35,259 nt of DNA from a bacterium. GTDB taxonomy: Bacteria; UBA9089; CG2-30-40-21; SBAY01. Position 1 is the first letter of the stretch. Each line of letters opens with the position of its first letter. Location of the stretch: the NCBI GenBank assembly GCA_040757115.1, contig JBFLYA010000013.1, positions 1-35,259 on the forward strand. Direction: 5' to 3'. The notes below the pieces were generated by a model. That model worked only from the letters and a program-made list of their open reading frames with translations, was not told the origin of the DNA and searched no databases. Position numbers and translations under genes: made by a program. Positions 34,107-35,259 of the stretch are shown here, piece by piece.

Positions 34107-34958
34107 TTAGTAGACCTTTTTTGCCACTAAAAGTATAAGTCCCCCCTGGTTTGTTTTATGCCAGATAAATCTCTTAATCTTCCGATAAAAAGCCCTTATT
34201 TGTGGAAGTAATTTCTCTGACACCTCATAATCCAACCATCTTCTTGGGATACTTAAAGAGGTAACCGCTATAAGATTAAAACCATTTATATTGAATAATC
34301 TTTTTAATGTCTGATATGGAAAATTAAAAATATGTCCTTCTGCAAATAAAAAGTTAGTTAACCCTTTTTTTCCTCTTGCCTCTGCCCCAGAAACATTAGG
34401 CACAGTGGCTAAAACCAGCCCTTCTTTTTTTAAAATTCGATTTACCTCTTTTAATATCCCATTTGGGCTGACGACATGCTCTAAGACATCCAACATTGTC
34501 ACGAGGTTAAAACTTTGTGTTTCAAAGCCTATCTCCTCCACCGAACCTGTAAATACTTCTAATCCTAATTCTTCTCTGGCATATTCAGCCGCATCATTGG
34601 AAAATTCTACACCTTTTGCCTCATAACCCTGTTTTTTGAGCAATTCAATGAAAAAGCCTAACGCACATCCTACATCCAGACAAACAAATTTCTCTTGAAA
34701 ACAAATTTTTCCCAGAGTTTTATCCCAGAATCTTAAAATTGGTTCAAATCTGTATTTAATTATATGATGTTTTCTTTGAGCGTATTCTTTAAATCCATAC
34801 TCTTGATAATAGCCAGATGAATAATATTTCTTTAATTCTTCTTTTGTGGCAATAGGGTGGCGAAACATCAAACCACATTCTTCGCATTGAAAAATAGTCG
34901 TGTTCCCTATTTCGCAAAGTTTTTTAACAACACTCTCCCCACATAAATCACAATTCAT
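34107..34958 (-). CDS. Class I SAM-dependent methyltransferase with N-terminal zinc ribbon
   Basis: CDLC...CEEC, LDVGCALGFF, FNLVTMLDVLEH and LKKEG...ATVPN motifs; paralog of 3058-3936. Confidence 0.88.
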   Translation of the reverse strand: MNCDLCGESVVKKLCEIGNTTIFQCEECGLMFRHPIATKEELKKYYSSGYYQEYGFKEYAQRKHHIIKYRFEPILRFWDKTLGKICFQEKFVCLDVGCALGFFIELLKKQGYEAKGVEFSNDAAEYAREELGLEVFTGSVEEIGFETQSFNLVTMLDVLEHVVSPNGILKEVNRILKKEGLVLATVPNVSGAEARGKKGLTNFLFAEGHIFNFPYQTLKRLFNINGFNLIAVTSLSIPRRWLDYEVSEKLLPQIRAFYRKIKRFIWHKTNQGGLILLVAKKVY

Positions 34959-34965
34959 CTTATAT

Positions 34966-34993
34966 ATTATAACAGATTATTGGTTAATGTCAA
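34966..34993 (-). promoter_or_regulatory. Sigma70-type promoter for the methyltransferase-fliY pair
   Basis: Minus strand TTGACA-16 bp-TATAAT, with 7 nt between the -10 box and the ATG at 34958. Confidence 0.65.
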
Positions 34994-35061
34994 GAAAAAT
35001 TTCGACCTGTGCAGGTAGAAAATTAAGGAAGCAGATTTTTAATAGTAAGCGGGTGGATTTA

Positions 35062-35132
35062 GTAAGCGGATTTAACGGATTTAGCGGAAAAAGAAATAAA
35101 AAAAATCCGCTCAATCCGTTTAATCCGCTTAC
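35062..35132. repeat. REP-like palindrome
   Basis: GTAAGCGGATTTAACGGATTTAGCGGA / TCCGCTCAATCCGTTTAATCCGCTTAC, 25/27 inverted repeat. Confidence 0.75.
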
Positions 35133-35139
35133 AAAAATT

Positions 35140-35259
35140 GTAACCGTTCAGGCTATATATCAAAAGTGTAAGAAAGGGGATAAGGAGATAAGAGTGATAT
35201 GGAGATAAGATAATAGAAATAGATTGAAATTTATAGAAATAGGTAGAAATTGATTGTGG
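35140..35259. mobile_element. Left end of another GTAAC-family MITE, truncated by the window edge
   Basis: Begins GTAACCGTTCAGGCTATA, matching the type B terminus, but continues into a different GGAGATA-rich interior related to ~32495-32526. Confidence 0.65.

Overview
AT-rich bacterial chromosomal window with almost all genes on the minus strand. In transcription order (right to left): a SAM methyltransferase and fliY; a ~25 kb block of five signal-peptide-bearing proteins; then fliO, a Maf/DUF115 flagellin-modification-type protein, a paralogous methyltransferase, plsY, gpsA and hup; and a frameshifted transposase tail at the left edge. The five exported proteins are a TPR protein, a 1641-aa PKD/FN3 protein ending in a peptidoglycan-binding domain plus lytic transglycosylase, a TolB-like beta-propeller, a 12-repeat acidic Ig-like protein, and a ~4330-aa NHL/IPT-like/TolB giant. 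The last two end in T9SS-type-A/FlgD-like C-terminal domains. The block sits between fliY and fliO, which are normally near neighbours. It is the best candidate for an undescribed system: a surface-displayed adhesion plus cell-wall-lysis apparatus with a possible immunity protein. Intergenic DNA is crowded with GTAA...TTAC-ended (IS66-like) MITEs, one nested and two with target-site duplications, plus REP-like palindromes, one of which lies in frame inside the giant gene. All family assignments come from motif recognition by eye; no database searches were run.
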